NCBI RefSeq assembly: GCF_006345805.1
Contig: NC_043004.1
Location: 73,904,001-73,968,000 of the forward strand
DNA length: 64,000 nt
Source of the DNA: Octopus sinensis
Lineage: Eukaryota
Reading direction: 5' to 3'
The notes under the pieces are model-generated. The model saw only the letters and a list, made by a program, of their open reading frames with translations, made no database searches and had not been told where the DNA came from. Below are positions 11,701-25,929 of the stretch, one piece after another (position 1 is the stretch's first letter; each line of letters opens with the position of its first letter). A program made the translations under genes and the position numbers.

Positions 11701-12326
11701 TTTGTAACATATTTCTATTATATATATATACATATATTATATACACACACACACATACACGCACACACACGCACACAAATGTCTGTGTGTTTGAGCGTGT
11801 GATTACAGACGATATAAACTACATCTCGTGTCTATCATATATTTTACGCATATCGTGTAACAGAGTAAGCAGGATAAGCGAAATAGGTGCAGCGCCCTCT
11901 GTCGTAAATATTCATGACATGTCTCCGATCAGAAGATAATTTCCTCACTTCTTCCTACAAAGGGCGGAAGAGAGGAAATTATGTGGAAAATGCATGGGGA
12001 CCGGCATGTCAAAGAATACACCCAACGTTTCCTCTCTATGTCTGTCGTAAAAGCCGACTACATGCGGTTGAGTAGGATTTGCACTCCCACCTTGTAGAAC
12101 CGTCACCAGCAACGACCACCCAAACAGATCTATGGGTTGGAAGGTTGTCTCCTGAGTAGTGCAAAGGTGTCATCTGTCAAGAGTAGGGAATCACCAACAA
12201 ATGGTGGATGCAGCGATGCGCTGTTACAGCGCATGCACCCACCCCCTCACATACTACTACTACTACTACTTCTTCTACTCCCACAAATCTCTCCGAAAAA
12301 TTCTATACAACCTCCTAAATTACTGG

Positions 12327-12520
12327 TTTCAAATTTTGGCTCAAGGCTAGCAATTTCGGAGGAGAGACTAAGCCGATTACATCGACACCAGTGTTCAACT
12401 AGTACTTATTTTATTGACTCCCACCAAAAGGAATTTGAAAACGGACGTAAAGATGGCCGAAACGCCATTAGCACCAAATATTTTATAAGGCGTGCTAACG
12501 ATTCTACCAGTTCGTTGCTT
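12327..12520 (-). mobile_element. Deu/Nin-like SINE, internally deleted
   Basis: Head and tail motifs present, centre missing. Confidence 0.65.
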
Positions 12521-13183
12521 TACCTGCTGAAGCGAGTATCAATATGTCTAATCTTTTGTTATTATAGATCAAAATTACAATACAAAACTGTGAGATACCG
12601 GCAGGCTGCTTCCCCTTTCAAGAGCTATTCTGTTGTAGTTTTTTCATACTCGGTAGCACTAATCCGCCACCTTGTCACAACTGATAACAGCTCCTGGTAG
12701 AGCACACTGATAATTGAAAATTGAACGAACCAAGTAAATTGGATAAACGACATCAAATCACTTCTATCATCATTTTTATCGTCTTCAGGATTGAATAGAG
12801 TTGGAGGCTGAGAAGTGAGGAGGAGGCGACTTATCAGCTTTTTTGCAAATAAATTAATTTTTCTACATGTAGTGAGTGGTCATTATCTCGTTTGTACTCC
12901 CAAACATTTGCATAACATTACACGCATACACATACATACATACATACACCACCATATATATATATATATATATACATACAAACACACAGACACAAACACA
13001 CTCGCACACATACACACTCGCACACATACACATACACTCACATTTTAGTACATATATGCATGTGCGTATATGTAATTATTTAAATATGCACACACACACA
13101 ATCACACGCACACACACACTCATTCACACATATATTCGTACATACATGTATGTATGTAGACAGACAGACAGGCGGGTGGACGA

Positions 13184-13227
<44 letters not shown>

Positions 13228-13402
13228 GCGGAAGAAAGAAAAAGAGCGAAAAAAGAGCGAAAGAAAGAGCGGAAGAAAGAAAGAAAAAGAAAGATAGATA
13301 GATAAAGAGAGAGAGAATGAGAGACAAATAGACAGATAGATTAATAGATAGAGAGAGAGAGAGACAGACAAACAGACAGACAGACAATCAGTCAGTCAGC
13401 TT

Positions 13403-13482
<80 letters not shown>

Positions 13483-13509
13483 CATACATACATACAACAT
13501 ACATACATA

Positions 13510-14100
13510 CAAAATTTCTTTTATTTAGCCACTGAGGGCAACTACATCCATCATCATTCATGCATACAAAATATGAAACGTTAAGATTTGGGATTTACAA
13601 AAACATGTGGAGTAGGCCAAAGAAAAACAAGTGGGTAGATTAGGGTAGTTATATAAGCAGGTCATTTAAAAATTCTTTAAAATTTCACATCTAATGAACA
13701 CATAAATTAACACAAAAAAAAATCACATAATAAATTTAACGTCAACTAAAGGGGACATGCATTGCAAGTCTCCTACGCACACAATGAGTGATAACCCAGT
13801 GGTTAGATCGAGTCTCTGCCAGCCTGTTTCCAGCAATCTGTCTCTGACAGCCTGTTACTATTTGTGCTGGATTCTGGTGTACTCGAAATTGCCTGTCGAC
13901 ATTCTGTGCGCAACAAGAGACACGAAAGAGTCTGCGTGCGCTGGATATACCTACTTGATTCCACATATGAAATATTGTGGTTCAACTTTTACCAAAAGTC
14001 TGTCACTTGCCTGTTTCTTGTATTTTGTTCCTATTTGGTTCCTCTAAGCCCTTTCCTTTTATTTTCCTTTTATGCTACTTCATCTTTCAAAGAACGGTAA
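13510..14100 (-). mobile_element. LINE 3' fragment, Tx1/L1-like
   Basis: Decayed C-terminal frame ending at 13742; 3' end GCCCTCAGTGGCTAAATAAAAGAAA plus (TATG)n resembles the LINE ends at 34020 and 57230. Confidence 0.45.
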
Positions 14101-14204
14101 ACTTCGTACTATCGCCATCGTCTTCTTCCGTTTTACTCGATTTTAGCTAGAACTTGTCCTTCCTTCTGTAGCGAGTTCCTTTCCGCCTTTTCAGTTCTAA
14201 TAAT

Positions 14205-14530
14205 TCTTTCTTATTTTGGCACAAGGCCATTAATTTTGAGTTGTGGACAAGCCGATCATATCGGTCCCAGTACTAAATTAGTACTCATTTTATTGACTCC
14301 GAAAGGATGAAAGGCAAAGTCGACCGACGGAATTTGAACTCTGAACGTAAAGAGTGTGCTAACGATTCTGCCAGCTAGCCGCCTTAATAAATAATCCTTT
14401 CTATGGTAGGCACAAGGCCTGAAACTTGGGGGAAGAGATTAAGTGGATTACATCGGCCCTAGTAAAGGGGAACGAAATGCTGCAGAACGTTTAGTACGTA
14501 GTACTGACGATTCTGCCAACTCAACGCCTT
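14205..14530 (-). mobile_element. Two tandem Deu/Nin-like SINE copies
   Basis: 14205-14385 near complete; 14395-14530 internally deleted. Confidence 0.8.
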
Positions 14531-14710
14531 ATTTTCTTTACAAATAATAGCACAGTTTTTTTTTATGCAAAGAACCTGGGTCTGCTCGGTAAGAGTCGTC
14601 TTGGGTCTAAAGAACAAAAGAAATAAAACTCACCATACCAAAGATTATTTTAATAACTTATATGTCATGACTGTCTCATGATATGTGTACAATAGTAACT
14701 ATATTCTTTT

Positions 14711-15298
14711 AAGGCGGCGAGCGGGCAGAAACGTTAGCACACAGGGCGAAATGCCTAGCGGTAATTCGTCTGCCGCTACGTTCTGAGTTCAAATTCCGCC
14801 GAGGTCGACTTTGCCTTTCATCCTTTCGGAGTCGATTAAATAAGTACCTATTTCTTTATTACCCACAAGGGGCTAAACACAGAGGGGACAAACTAGGACA
14901 GACATAGGTGTTAAGTCGATTAGATCGACCCCAGTGCGTAACTGGTACTTAATTTATCGACCCCGAAAGGATGAAAGGCAAAGTCGACCTCGGCGGAATT
15001 TGAACTCACAACGTAACGCAGACGAAATACCGCTAGGCATTTCGCCCGGCGTGCTAACGTTTCTTCCAGCTCACCGCCTTGATTAAATAAGTACCAGTTA
15101 CGCACTGGGTCGATATAATCGACTTAATCCGTTTGTCTGTCCTTATTTGTCTCCTCTGTTTGTAGCCCTTTGTTACCTTCAAATTCCGCCGAGGTCGACT
15201 TTGCCTTTCATCCTTTCGGGGTCGATAAATTAAGTACCAGTTACGCACTGGGGTCGATGTAATCGACCTAACCCCTTTGTCTGTCCTTGTTTGTCCCA
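14711..15298 (+). mobile_element. Deu/Nin-like SINE (tail A) interrupted by an inverted copy, followed by a partial copy
   Basis: Head at 14711 resumes at 15096 after the inserted copy. Confidence 0.85.
14849..15080 (-). mobile_element. Deu/Nin-like SINE (tail A), full length, with 15-bp TSD
   Basis: TSD GATTAAATAAGTACC at 14834-14848 and 15081-15095. Confidence 0.9.
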
Positions 15299-15315
15299 GA
15301 AATAAGTAACTATAT

Positions 15316-15702
15316 TCTTTTACTTGTTTCAGTCATTTGACTGCGGCCATGCTGAAACACCGTCTTTAGTCGAACAAATCGACCCCAGGACTTATTCTTT
15401 GTAAGCCTAATACTTATTCTATCGGTGTCTTTTGCCGAACCGCTAAGTTACGGGGAAGTAAACACACCAACATCGATTGTCAAGCGATGGTGGGGAACAA
15501 ACACAGACACACAAATACATACATATATATATATAAACGACAGGCTTCTTTAGGTTTCCGTCCACCAAATCCACTCACAAGGCTTTGGTTGACCTGAGGC
15601 TACAGTAGAAGACACTTGCCCAAGGTGCCAAGTAGTGGGAATGAACCCGGGAACCATGTGGTTAGGAAATAAGCTTCTTACCAAATGACCACTTCTGCGC
15701 CT
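15316..15702 (-). mobile_element. CORE-like SINE with internal microsatellite, full length
   Basis: tRNA-like head, GGCAAGTGTCTTCTACT core, tail CAGCATGGCCGCAGTCAAATGACTGAAACAAGTAAAAG. Confidence 0.85.
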
Positions 15703-16139
15703 AATCTAGTTTTAATAACAGTTTTCAAATGTTTTCCTGATAACGATATCTTAATAACTATAATTAATTTATCTTATTAATTTCTTAATGACTTAGTCTT
15801 AACTGTATCTTGATAATTGTATCTTACTTAGCTGTCTTAACGTGTGTCTTAATAGTTATGTCATAGTAATTAATTTAACTATGTCATAGTAACTTAGTAA
15901 CTGTAATCGAATAACTATATTCATAACTGTATCTTAATTATATTTAATAACTACAATAATAATCGTATCTTAAATATCTTAATTAATTAAGTTTGGAGTT
16001 TGAGATTTTTGGGCCTTTTCAAAATATTGCTGTTTTTATATCGTTTTAATGAGAGTTTCAAACGTGAATGTAGGAACACAAATTCAAAATGGGGGGGAAG
16101 AAAATGGAAGTACTATTACACAGGAATATACTACACATG

Positions 16140-16190
16140 AGCAACAGCAGCAGCAGCAGCAGCAGCAGTAGCAGCAGTAGCAGCTGCAGC

Positions 16191-16242
<52 letters not shown>

Positions 16243-16330
16243 CTGGTGGTGGCGGTGGTGGTGGTGGTGGTGGAACTGATGGTGACTGCTGCGGCAGCGG
16301 CAGAAGCAGCAGCAGCAGTATTAGTAGTAT

Positions 16331-16370
<40 letters not shown>

Positions 16371-16535
16371 TTAGCCTGCTGGTGGTGGCGGTGGTGGTGG
16401 TGTGGTGGTGGTGGTGGTGGTGGTGGTGGTGGTGGTGGTGGAGCTGATGGTGACTGCTGCAGCAGCGGCAGAAGCAGCAGCAGCCAGCAGCAGCAGCAGT
16501 AGTTGTAGTAGTAGTAGTAGTAGTAGTAGTAGTAT
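16140..16535. repeat. Duplicated compound (AGC)n(AGT)n(GGT)n block
   Basis: Spacer GG(A/G)CTGATGGTGACTGCTGC occurs twice. Confidence 0.9.
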
Positions 16536-16839
16536 GGTCACCAGGTCAGAATTTTAAAGGTGACGAAGAATAATCGATTAAATAACCAGTGCTTAAATCT
16601 ATCGACGCCGAAAGGGCGAATATAATTAAAAGAAAAATTATGAGCTGCATTGCTATTATTTCCAGCATTTAAAGTATCAAAATACTAAATAATTTGGAAC
16701 CACACTTTCGTCACGTCTGTTTGCTTGATTGATTATTTGAGTGCCCAGTCTGGTATATAAGAAACTGCTAATTATTGATAACTACAAACTAAAAATATTT
16801 TTTATGGTACTTTGGCGTATTTTTTCGCATTATCGCACT

Positions 16840-17385
<546 letters not shown>

Positions 17386-17574
17386 TATATACATACATAC
17401 ATACACAATCATATATCTATATATGTATATATTTGTGTGTGTATATATGTATGTGAGCGCGCGTGTGTGTGCGCGCGCGTGTGTGTGCGCGCGCGTGTGT
17501 GTGTGCGCGCGTGTGCGTTTGTGTGTATGAGTGTATATACACACACACACTTCAGAAATGTTACTACACACGTG

Positions 17575-17730
17575 CTGTTGGCAATTTTTTTCTTTCTCGG
17601 AGCTTTTCCCTTCTCTTTGTCGACTAAGAGCTATGCTCAAAACATCAAACTCTCTCTTTTCACCGAGCGTCAAGCTAATGCGTTCCTTGTGCACGTCCTC
17701 TCGTTGTCCGTTAATTTTATTTCTTTTATA
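17575..17730 (+). mobile_element. Diverged copy of the same pLTR-like family
   Basis: A-GAGC-TAT-GCTC-AAAACATC-AAAC followed by CCGAGCGTCAAGCTAAT. Confidence 0.45.
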
Positions 17731-17898
17731 CTCACACAAGTGTGTACAACACAGAGCTGTGGGAAGACATTTCGCTGCAGAAATGCTCTCATGGGAAAAG
17801 TTCATGTATATATGAAAACACATCAATGGTCTATGAATTACGTCGTCGATAGGTGAAAATCTTCCCATGTCCAAGTGTACACGAGCGTATTAAATACG

Positions 17899-18112
17899 AC
17901 GGTGAGCTGGCAGAAACGTTAGCACGACGGGCGAAATGCTTAGCGGTATTTGGTTTGCCTTTAAGTTCAGAGCTCAAAATCCGCCGAGGTCGACTTTGCG
18001 TTTCATCTTTTCGGGGTCAATAAAATAAGTACCAGTTGCGTACTGAAGTCGATCTAATCGACTGGTCCTCTCCCCAAAAAGTTTGAGCCTTGTGCTTAGA
18101 ATAGAAAAGAAA
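17899..18112 (+). mobile_element. Deu/Nin-like SINE, tail B
   Basis: Full head, body and tail on the plus strand. Confidence 0.85.
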
Positions 18113-18488
18113 TATGATGGCACGCACATGCTTCGTGTTCTCCTACTTTTATTAACTCCAGTTTTAGCGCCAAGTTTTGTGCACATCACCATATGTCATA
18201 TCTGCCGTTTTCATTTATAAGAACTTCAATTTCTTCAGGGCTGTGGCCAACTGAGTTTAGTATTCGTAGCTGATGAGCGCTAAAAACACAAAGACATATG
18301 CGTCCTACGGATTGATGACGACTTTCATTGCCCAATGATGGGTTTTCACACATATTGAATATGAAGCAGATTTTTCTCCCAAGAGTATTTCCACAGCAGA
18401 AAAGTCTTACCACGTCCGATATGTGTGTACATATTATATATTATATATATGTACATACATATATATGTACATACATATGTACATATAT

Positions 18489-18978
18489 ACTAGCATTAAA
18501 GACACGTCGTTGCCGGGTCATAGTGCTAGTGCATGTATATATGTGTATATATATATGTGTACATATTACATATACATCTATATATAGACATCTACACATA
18601 AAATACAAAATACAAAGTTATATCTTGATATCGCTAGTGATAACAATACTCAAAATAGATAACAAACTGGAATTGTTAGCCCGTCTCTTGTAATTTCGAT
18701 CAATTGTATATTTTATTGTTAAAGTGAAAGTATCTGACATAAAATAGAGAAATGTTTTTGTTTCACTTTTAACACGTAATACTGAAGTAGTGGAGAAGAT
18801 ATGATATTGCTATGGGCTCGCTCTAGGTAAGAAGTTGAACATTTTTTTCCCATGAAACTACATGGACCCTAAGTAAGGCATGTGTAAAATTTGAATGAAA
18901 TTGGTTGTGTAGTTCTCAAGTTTTAGGGAAACACACAGACAGACAGACAGACACACATTCTCAGTTTTATATATAGAG
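18489..18978 (+). mobile_element. Non-autonomous Helitron-like element (Lep1-like)
   Basis: Starts ACTAGC...GACACGTCGTTGCCGGG; ends AAAATTTGAATGAAATTGGTTGTGTAGTT...(CAGA)n...CAGTTTTATATATAGA. Confidence 0.55.
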
Positions 18979-19093
18979 AGATATATGTGTGTGTGTGTGC
19001 GTGTGTGTGTGTATGTATGTATGTATATGATGGGAGTGTGTATGCACGTGTATGCGCATATATGTGTGTATCTATCTATACATATATGTGTAT

Positions 19094-19179
<86 letters not shown>

Positions 19180-19497
19180 GGGTACACACACGTACATACA
19201 CACATTCATATATGCATTACAGCTCACGGCCACCACTTACCCTATTCATAATTACTTTACGGTTGTCTCAAATAATATTTGTATGTGTGTGTGCTCGCGT
19301 GTTTGTGCGTGTGTGTGTTTGTGCGTAGTGTATAAAACTCACATTGAGTTTGACTCGATAGTTACTCCTATCGAAATTAATTACTCCATAAAATTCTTAA
19401 CCAGTTCTTGGCCTTTCTATGTGCCACAAAACAATTGAAAGAGAGAGAGGGGGGTGAAGGTGAGTGAGGGAAAAGTTTAGAGAGAGGAGTGAACGCC

Positions 19498-19544
<47 letters not shown>

Positions 19545-19757
19545 AAATTTTTTTTCTTGCTTTTCTAATCTTCAAAACGCTCAGTTCTCGTAAATGACAG
19601 AGAAAATAAATTTCTTGAAAAGTGTCTGCAAAAAAAAACAAATAAATAAATAAATAAATAATAGCAACAACAACTGCAACAACAACAACAACAACAACAA
19701 TAAAAATGATGATAATAATAATAATGATAATAACAATAATAATAACAATAATAATGA

Positions 19758-19792
<35 letters not shown>

Positions 19793-21225
19793 GTAGTAGT
19801 AGTAGTAGTAGAGTAGCAATAACGATGATGATGATTATGGTAGTGGTGTTGGTGGTGGTGGTGGTGCTGGTGCTGGAGATGATGACGATGATGGTGGTGA
19901 TGATTATAATGATGATTATTATCATTATTATTATTATTATTATTATGAAAATGCTGAGGATGATGATTATGAAATTAATATTAACCATAAAATGATAATA
20001 GTGAGGGTGCGTCTTTATGTTTTCCTCTTCTATTCGGTTCCAACGAAGAATATAAATCTTTTGGGGGGTTTATACACTCACACACACACACACGTGTGTG
20101 TGTGTGTGTGTGTGTTGCGTGTTCTGTTTATTTTGGTGTATTTTCGACACATTGTTGATATAAAGTTTTAACATTTAAGCAAGATAGAAAACAAAAATTT
20201 CGTTAAAACAAAAACAAAAAAAATGTTGGAAACTAAACTTATAAAAGAAAACAAACTCATTGCAACACACACACTCACACATGTACACACACGCACACAC
20301 GCACACATACACACACACATACGCATGTCTGTGTGCATGTGTGTGTGCGTAAGTATGTGTAGATATGTGAGGGTAAGTATGCAAGTGTATATATATATTA
20401 TATATACATATATATATATGCGCATACATATATTCATATATGAAGTCGCACATGCATATACATAGTATTACGAATATACATACATATATATATATATGTG
20501 TGTGTGTATGTATGTATGTATGTATGTATATGTATAAGTACATATATATATGTGTTTGCATGTATATATATGTGTGTGTGTGTGTAGTTAAAGAGAAATA
20601 TTTTTAAATACATAAAAACAAAGAACGTATGTGTGTATTTGTGTGTATGTGTTTGCGTGTGAGGACATCTATGTATGTCTGTGTGTATGTCTAAATGTAT
20701 GTAAGTATACATGGATGTATGTATAATCATAAGTACGCATATAACATACATTGTATACCGTTGAGTTGTGTTTTAAATAAAGAGATTTAAAACGAAGTAA
20801 AACGAACTAAAACCAAGCGAGATATGTCAAATGCTTGGCTGCCATCTTGTATTTTTGTTTCTCTCCCTTTGTGCAGTCTTTATTTTATGGGGATGTTTTT
20901 TGATTGCTTTTTTTTTTTTTGCTTTTCTTTTTCGTTATTATATGTACATTCTTCCTTCCTTTTTTGTTTCTCACCTTTATTTTTACGATATATATGGCCT
21001 TATTTACGATTTATGTTCCGAAACGATAGGAACAGAAAGTCTGGCTTTTTATCTGACGCTCTTCTCTGAGATGTTTGTTTTTCTGGGCCAATTTTGCAAA
21101 CTATTTCTTCCTCTCTTCACCCCGCCCCTCCCCTCGACTCGCTCACCCCACACACACACACATATATATATAAATACAAACACACACACACACACACAAA
21201 TAAATATATATGTATAATATATGTA

Positions 21226-21284
<59 letters not shown>

Positions 21285-22124
21285 AACATATATATGTCTA
21301 TAAATATATATATATATTCATATATATATATATGTGTGTATATATTATATACATATATGCATATAAATATACATATATGTATATACATATATACATATAT
21401 ATACATATATATATATATGTGTGTGTGTGTGTGTTATGTATGTATATATATATGTGTGTGTATGTGTATGTGTAATTGTATGTTGCTTGTGCGAGTATGC
21501 GTTTGTATATATGCGTGTGTGAGTTGCGTGTGCGTGCGCGCGTCCGTGTGTGTATGGATTGGTATATTTTCGTATGTCACATTTTGCTTCCAAGTTGTTT
21601 GGTCTGACAATACCTATTTTTTTAGTTGGTTTCGTGTTGAGCAGTTTGTGGAGTGGAGAACGAGTGAGCGAGGGAGTGAGTTTGTGATCATGGTTCTGTA
21701 TATATGTGTGTGAGTGTAATAATAGAGTGTGTGTGCTCACCTACACAAAATTTCAGTTCGTACAACTATATACACACACTTATACGTGTACAACAAAGCA
21801 ATTAGAAACTCACCGTTTATATGCGTCTAATTATGCAGTCGTGTGTACATGGTTCTTAACCGCTTAGTCAGGTGAAAGGACAGAGTCTATAACTCTTTGC
21901 AGGGTCTCCGAGATTGGCGATAGGTTTGAAGAAAGGTGTCTTGAAAACAAATACTTGGCAAGAGAACTTCGCTAAAAGTGCGCAAGGACCAGGTAATGGT
22001 GTTAAACCGGGTGAGGAACTGATGCCTACCATCCAAATAAGCAACAACGGGTTTTGAACACGGGACGAAAAGAGCCGATGCATACATATACATACATAAA
22101 TATATATGTACATATATGTATATG

Positions 22125-22160
<36 letters not shown>

Positions 22161-22169
22161 CATATATAT

Positions 22170-22873
22170 ATAATAGTTATCGCCATACTAATATGGCATT
22201 CTTATAAAAATAAGAAAAAAGCTGTCCGCTTATTAGCTCCATGAGGCCATCGCCTTAAGTAGCTATTTTGATACACAACTGTATCCATATAACCTTCGAA
22301 CAAGGGAGGTCAGTCGCTCCACACTACTTGACCGGCAGCTACAGACGCGTTTCGGGGTATTGCCCCTTTTCAATGCAGCGTAGCCAGCCAGTAGGTGTCG
22401 CTTCCGACAATCTCTGTTCGATGATTTTATTTACCTAGTTTCGGTGGAATACATCCACTTGTTTTCAATAATAGAAATATTAAAATAACTAAGTCTCTCT
22501 AAAAGAGAACAGCGGCAGCGTTCCCGGAAAATAATAGTTATCGCCATACTAATATGGCATTCTTATAAAAATAAGAAAAAAGCTGTCCGCTTATTAGCTC
22601 CATGAGGCCATCGCCTTAAGTTAGCTATTTGATACACAAACTGTATTCCATATACCTTCGAACAAGGGAGGTCAGTCGTCCACACTACTTGACGGCAGCT
22701 ATACAGTTGTGTATCAAATAGCTAACTTAAGGCGATGGCCTCATGGAGCTAATAAGCGGACAGCTTTTTCTTATTTTATAAGAAATGCCATATTAGATGG
22801 CGATACTATTATTTTCCGGGAACGCTGCCGCTGTTCTCTTTTAGAGAGACTTAGTGTATTTTAATATTTCTAT
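22170..22873 (-). mobile_element. ORF-less Penelope/retrozyme-like element: 1.5 tandem copies of a ~360-bp unit plus an inverted ~170-bp segment, within (AT)n
   Basis: Direct repeat 22170-22341 / 22531-22701; inverted repeat 22472-22645 / 22702-22873; hammerhead at 22338-22379. Confidence 0.8.
22338..22379 (-). ncRNA. Minimal type I hammerhead ribozyme, U3:A8 core variant
   Basis: RNA GCUGCA-UUGAAAA-GGGG-CAAUA-CCCC-GAAA-CGCG-UC/UGUAGC: 6-bp helix I, 4-bp helix II, palindromic ACGCGU helix III, GUC cleavage triplet. Confidence 0.75.
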
Positions 22874-22914
22874 CATATATATATATACAATATATATATA
22901 TATATATAATATAG

Positions 22915-23004
<90 letters not shown>

Positions 23005-23251
23005 GATTAATATATTATATGATATACATATAGGTATATATATATACATATATATATATATACATATAAGTATATATATATACATATATATATAATACAT
23101 ATATATATATATACATATATATATATAACATATATATAGATATACATATAATATAGATACATATATATATATATTAGTATATATATACAATATATATATA
23201 TACATATATATAATAATACATATATATATATATATATATATATATCTATAC

Positions 23252-23282
<31 letters not shown>

Positions 23283-23294
23283 TATATATTATAG

Positions 23295-23347
<53 letters not shown>

Positions 23348-23562
23348 CATATATATATGTACAGTATATATAGATATACATATATATATGTATACTATAT
23401 ATATATATATATATATATACTATATAATATAATTATATCTATATATATTATATATAATATATATATACATATAATATATGTACATATATATATATGTACA
23501 TATTATATATTATATATATATATGTACATATATATATATGTACCTATATATATATCATATAT

Positions 23563-23634
<72 letters not shown>

Positions 23635-23672
23635 ACATATATATATGTACATATATATATATATATATATAT
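22874..23672. repeat. About 800-bp degenerate (TA)n tract
   Basis: Direct reading. Confidence 0.95.
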
Positions 23673-23901
23673 ATCCACACGGTTCCCGTTCACTCCACCT
23701 GCGTGGCACCTTGGGCAGGTGTCTACTATAGCCTCTGGGCCGCAAAACCTTGTGAGTGGATTTGGTAAACGGAAAGCCCTATCCTTAATAATCTTTTGTA
23801 ATCTGAGCACAAGGCGCGAAATTCTTTTGTGTGGTGGGGGAGGGACAGTCAATAAGATCGACCCCAGTACGCAACTAGTACTTAATTTATCAATCATAAT
23901 G

Positions 23902-23953
<52 letters not shown>

Positions 23954-24247
23954 CAACAACAACAACAGTGGTGATGAAAATCAATTGGTAGAGACCATCC
24001 AAATATGTGTCATGACTGACAACACGTTATTCCACATCCGCTCTAACATCTTAAGAATGAAAGATAACCGTGAGGATTAGTGCATTATATAGCTGTTGGA
24101 TTACGGCCAATGAATATCATTTCCTCCTCTGGACACACACCGCCACCACCATCAACAACAACATCAAAGCCACCAAGGTCTCTACCACCACAACCACAAC
24201 TAATAAAGACACTACCAACACATTGGAATACTACTTCCACAAACGTG

Positions 24248-24480
24248 AAGGCACGTAGCTTAGCGCCTATCGCATTCGGCTTACGACTGTAAGGTCGTGA
24301 GTTCGATACACAGCAGCGGGTTGTGTTCTGCGAGCGAGACGCTTTATTTCACGTTGCTCCAGTCCCTTCAGCTGAAAAAAATGAACAGCACGTGTATTCC
24401 AAGGGGCCAACCTCGTCATATTCCGTGTCACACTGATTCACGCCGAGAACTACGTTAAGAGCACGAGTATACTCTCTTTA
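24248..24480 (+). mobile_element. CORE-like SINE (3999 family), diverged
   Basis: B-box GAGTTCGATAC and GACGCTTTATTTCACGTTGCTCCAGTCC. Confidence 0.6.
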
Positions 24481-24982
<502 letters not shown>

Positions 24983-25694
24983 GCGTAGAGTGCTCAATTA
25001 CTTGCAGGTTAATTTCACGAGCAAGCTGTTCCCTTGATCAAATCAACAGGAACGCTAGTCAACGTAACCAACGAAAGGCCAGATTTCATCACCATCACTA
25101 ACAGCAACAGCAACATCGCGAATAACAACACTTTTAATGAGACTGAGCCAAAGAGAACTAGCAGTCAAATTTCCCTCGTATCAAACTGTAGATAACCTCA
25201 AAAGAAAGATGACTTAGTGAAGTACTTCTTGTGTTAGATACAACAAAAGGCTGGACGTCTCTTACGGAGAAACACCGACGCTCCAGAGTTCGTGCTTCAA
25301 GGTTGTTCAAATCAGGAGCGAAAACGTAATGGAGGAGGGGGGGTGAAAGAAGCTAAAGGAGAATAAGGGAAATACTGTGCTGATTGAGGAAGAAATTGTG
25401 GTGGAGGTTATATCGATCAATAAAATGCCAGACCGTCTACATGCATCTGATGGACTTTACTCTGCGTGCTTTAGCTTCGTTACTATGGCAACAGTCCGGA
25501 TATTTATTGATCAGGCCACGTAAATGTTCATACATACACACACACATACACGGCATTGACTGTAAGAGTCCTCCAAGAAAATAAAGAAATAAATTATTGT
25601 TGTTGTTGATGTCATCTTTGACAGTTACTGCGAACCTGCGACGGCTTTTACAGCGCTCTCGCTAAGAAAGCGATTTTACCTAGAATATGTAATA

Positions 25695-25893
25695 ATTTCA
25701 AATTTTAGCACAAGGCCAGTAATTTCGAGAGAGGGGCTTAGTCGATTACATTGACCCCAGTGTTCAACTGGTACTTATTTTCTCGACCCCGAAAGGTTGA
25801 AAGTAAGGTCGACTTCAGCCAAACTTGAACCTAGAACGTGAAGACAGACAAAATCATTCTGCCCGGCGTGCTATCGATTCTGCCAGCTCGCCA
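25695..25893 (-). mobile_element. Deu/Nin-like SINE, tail B
   Basis: Family motifs. Confidence 0.8.
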
Positions 25894-25929
25894 CTTTGGA
25901 ATACCTATAATAATAAAAGCGAAATTTTG

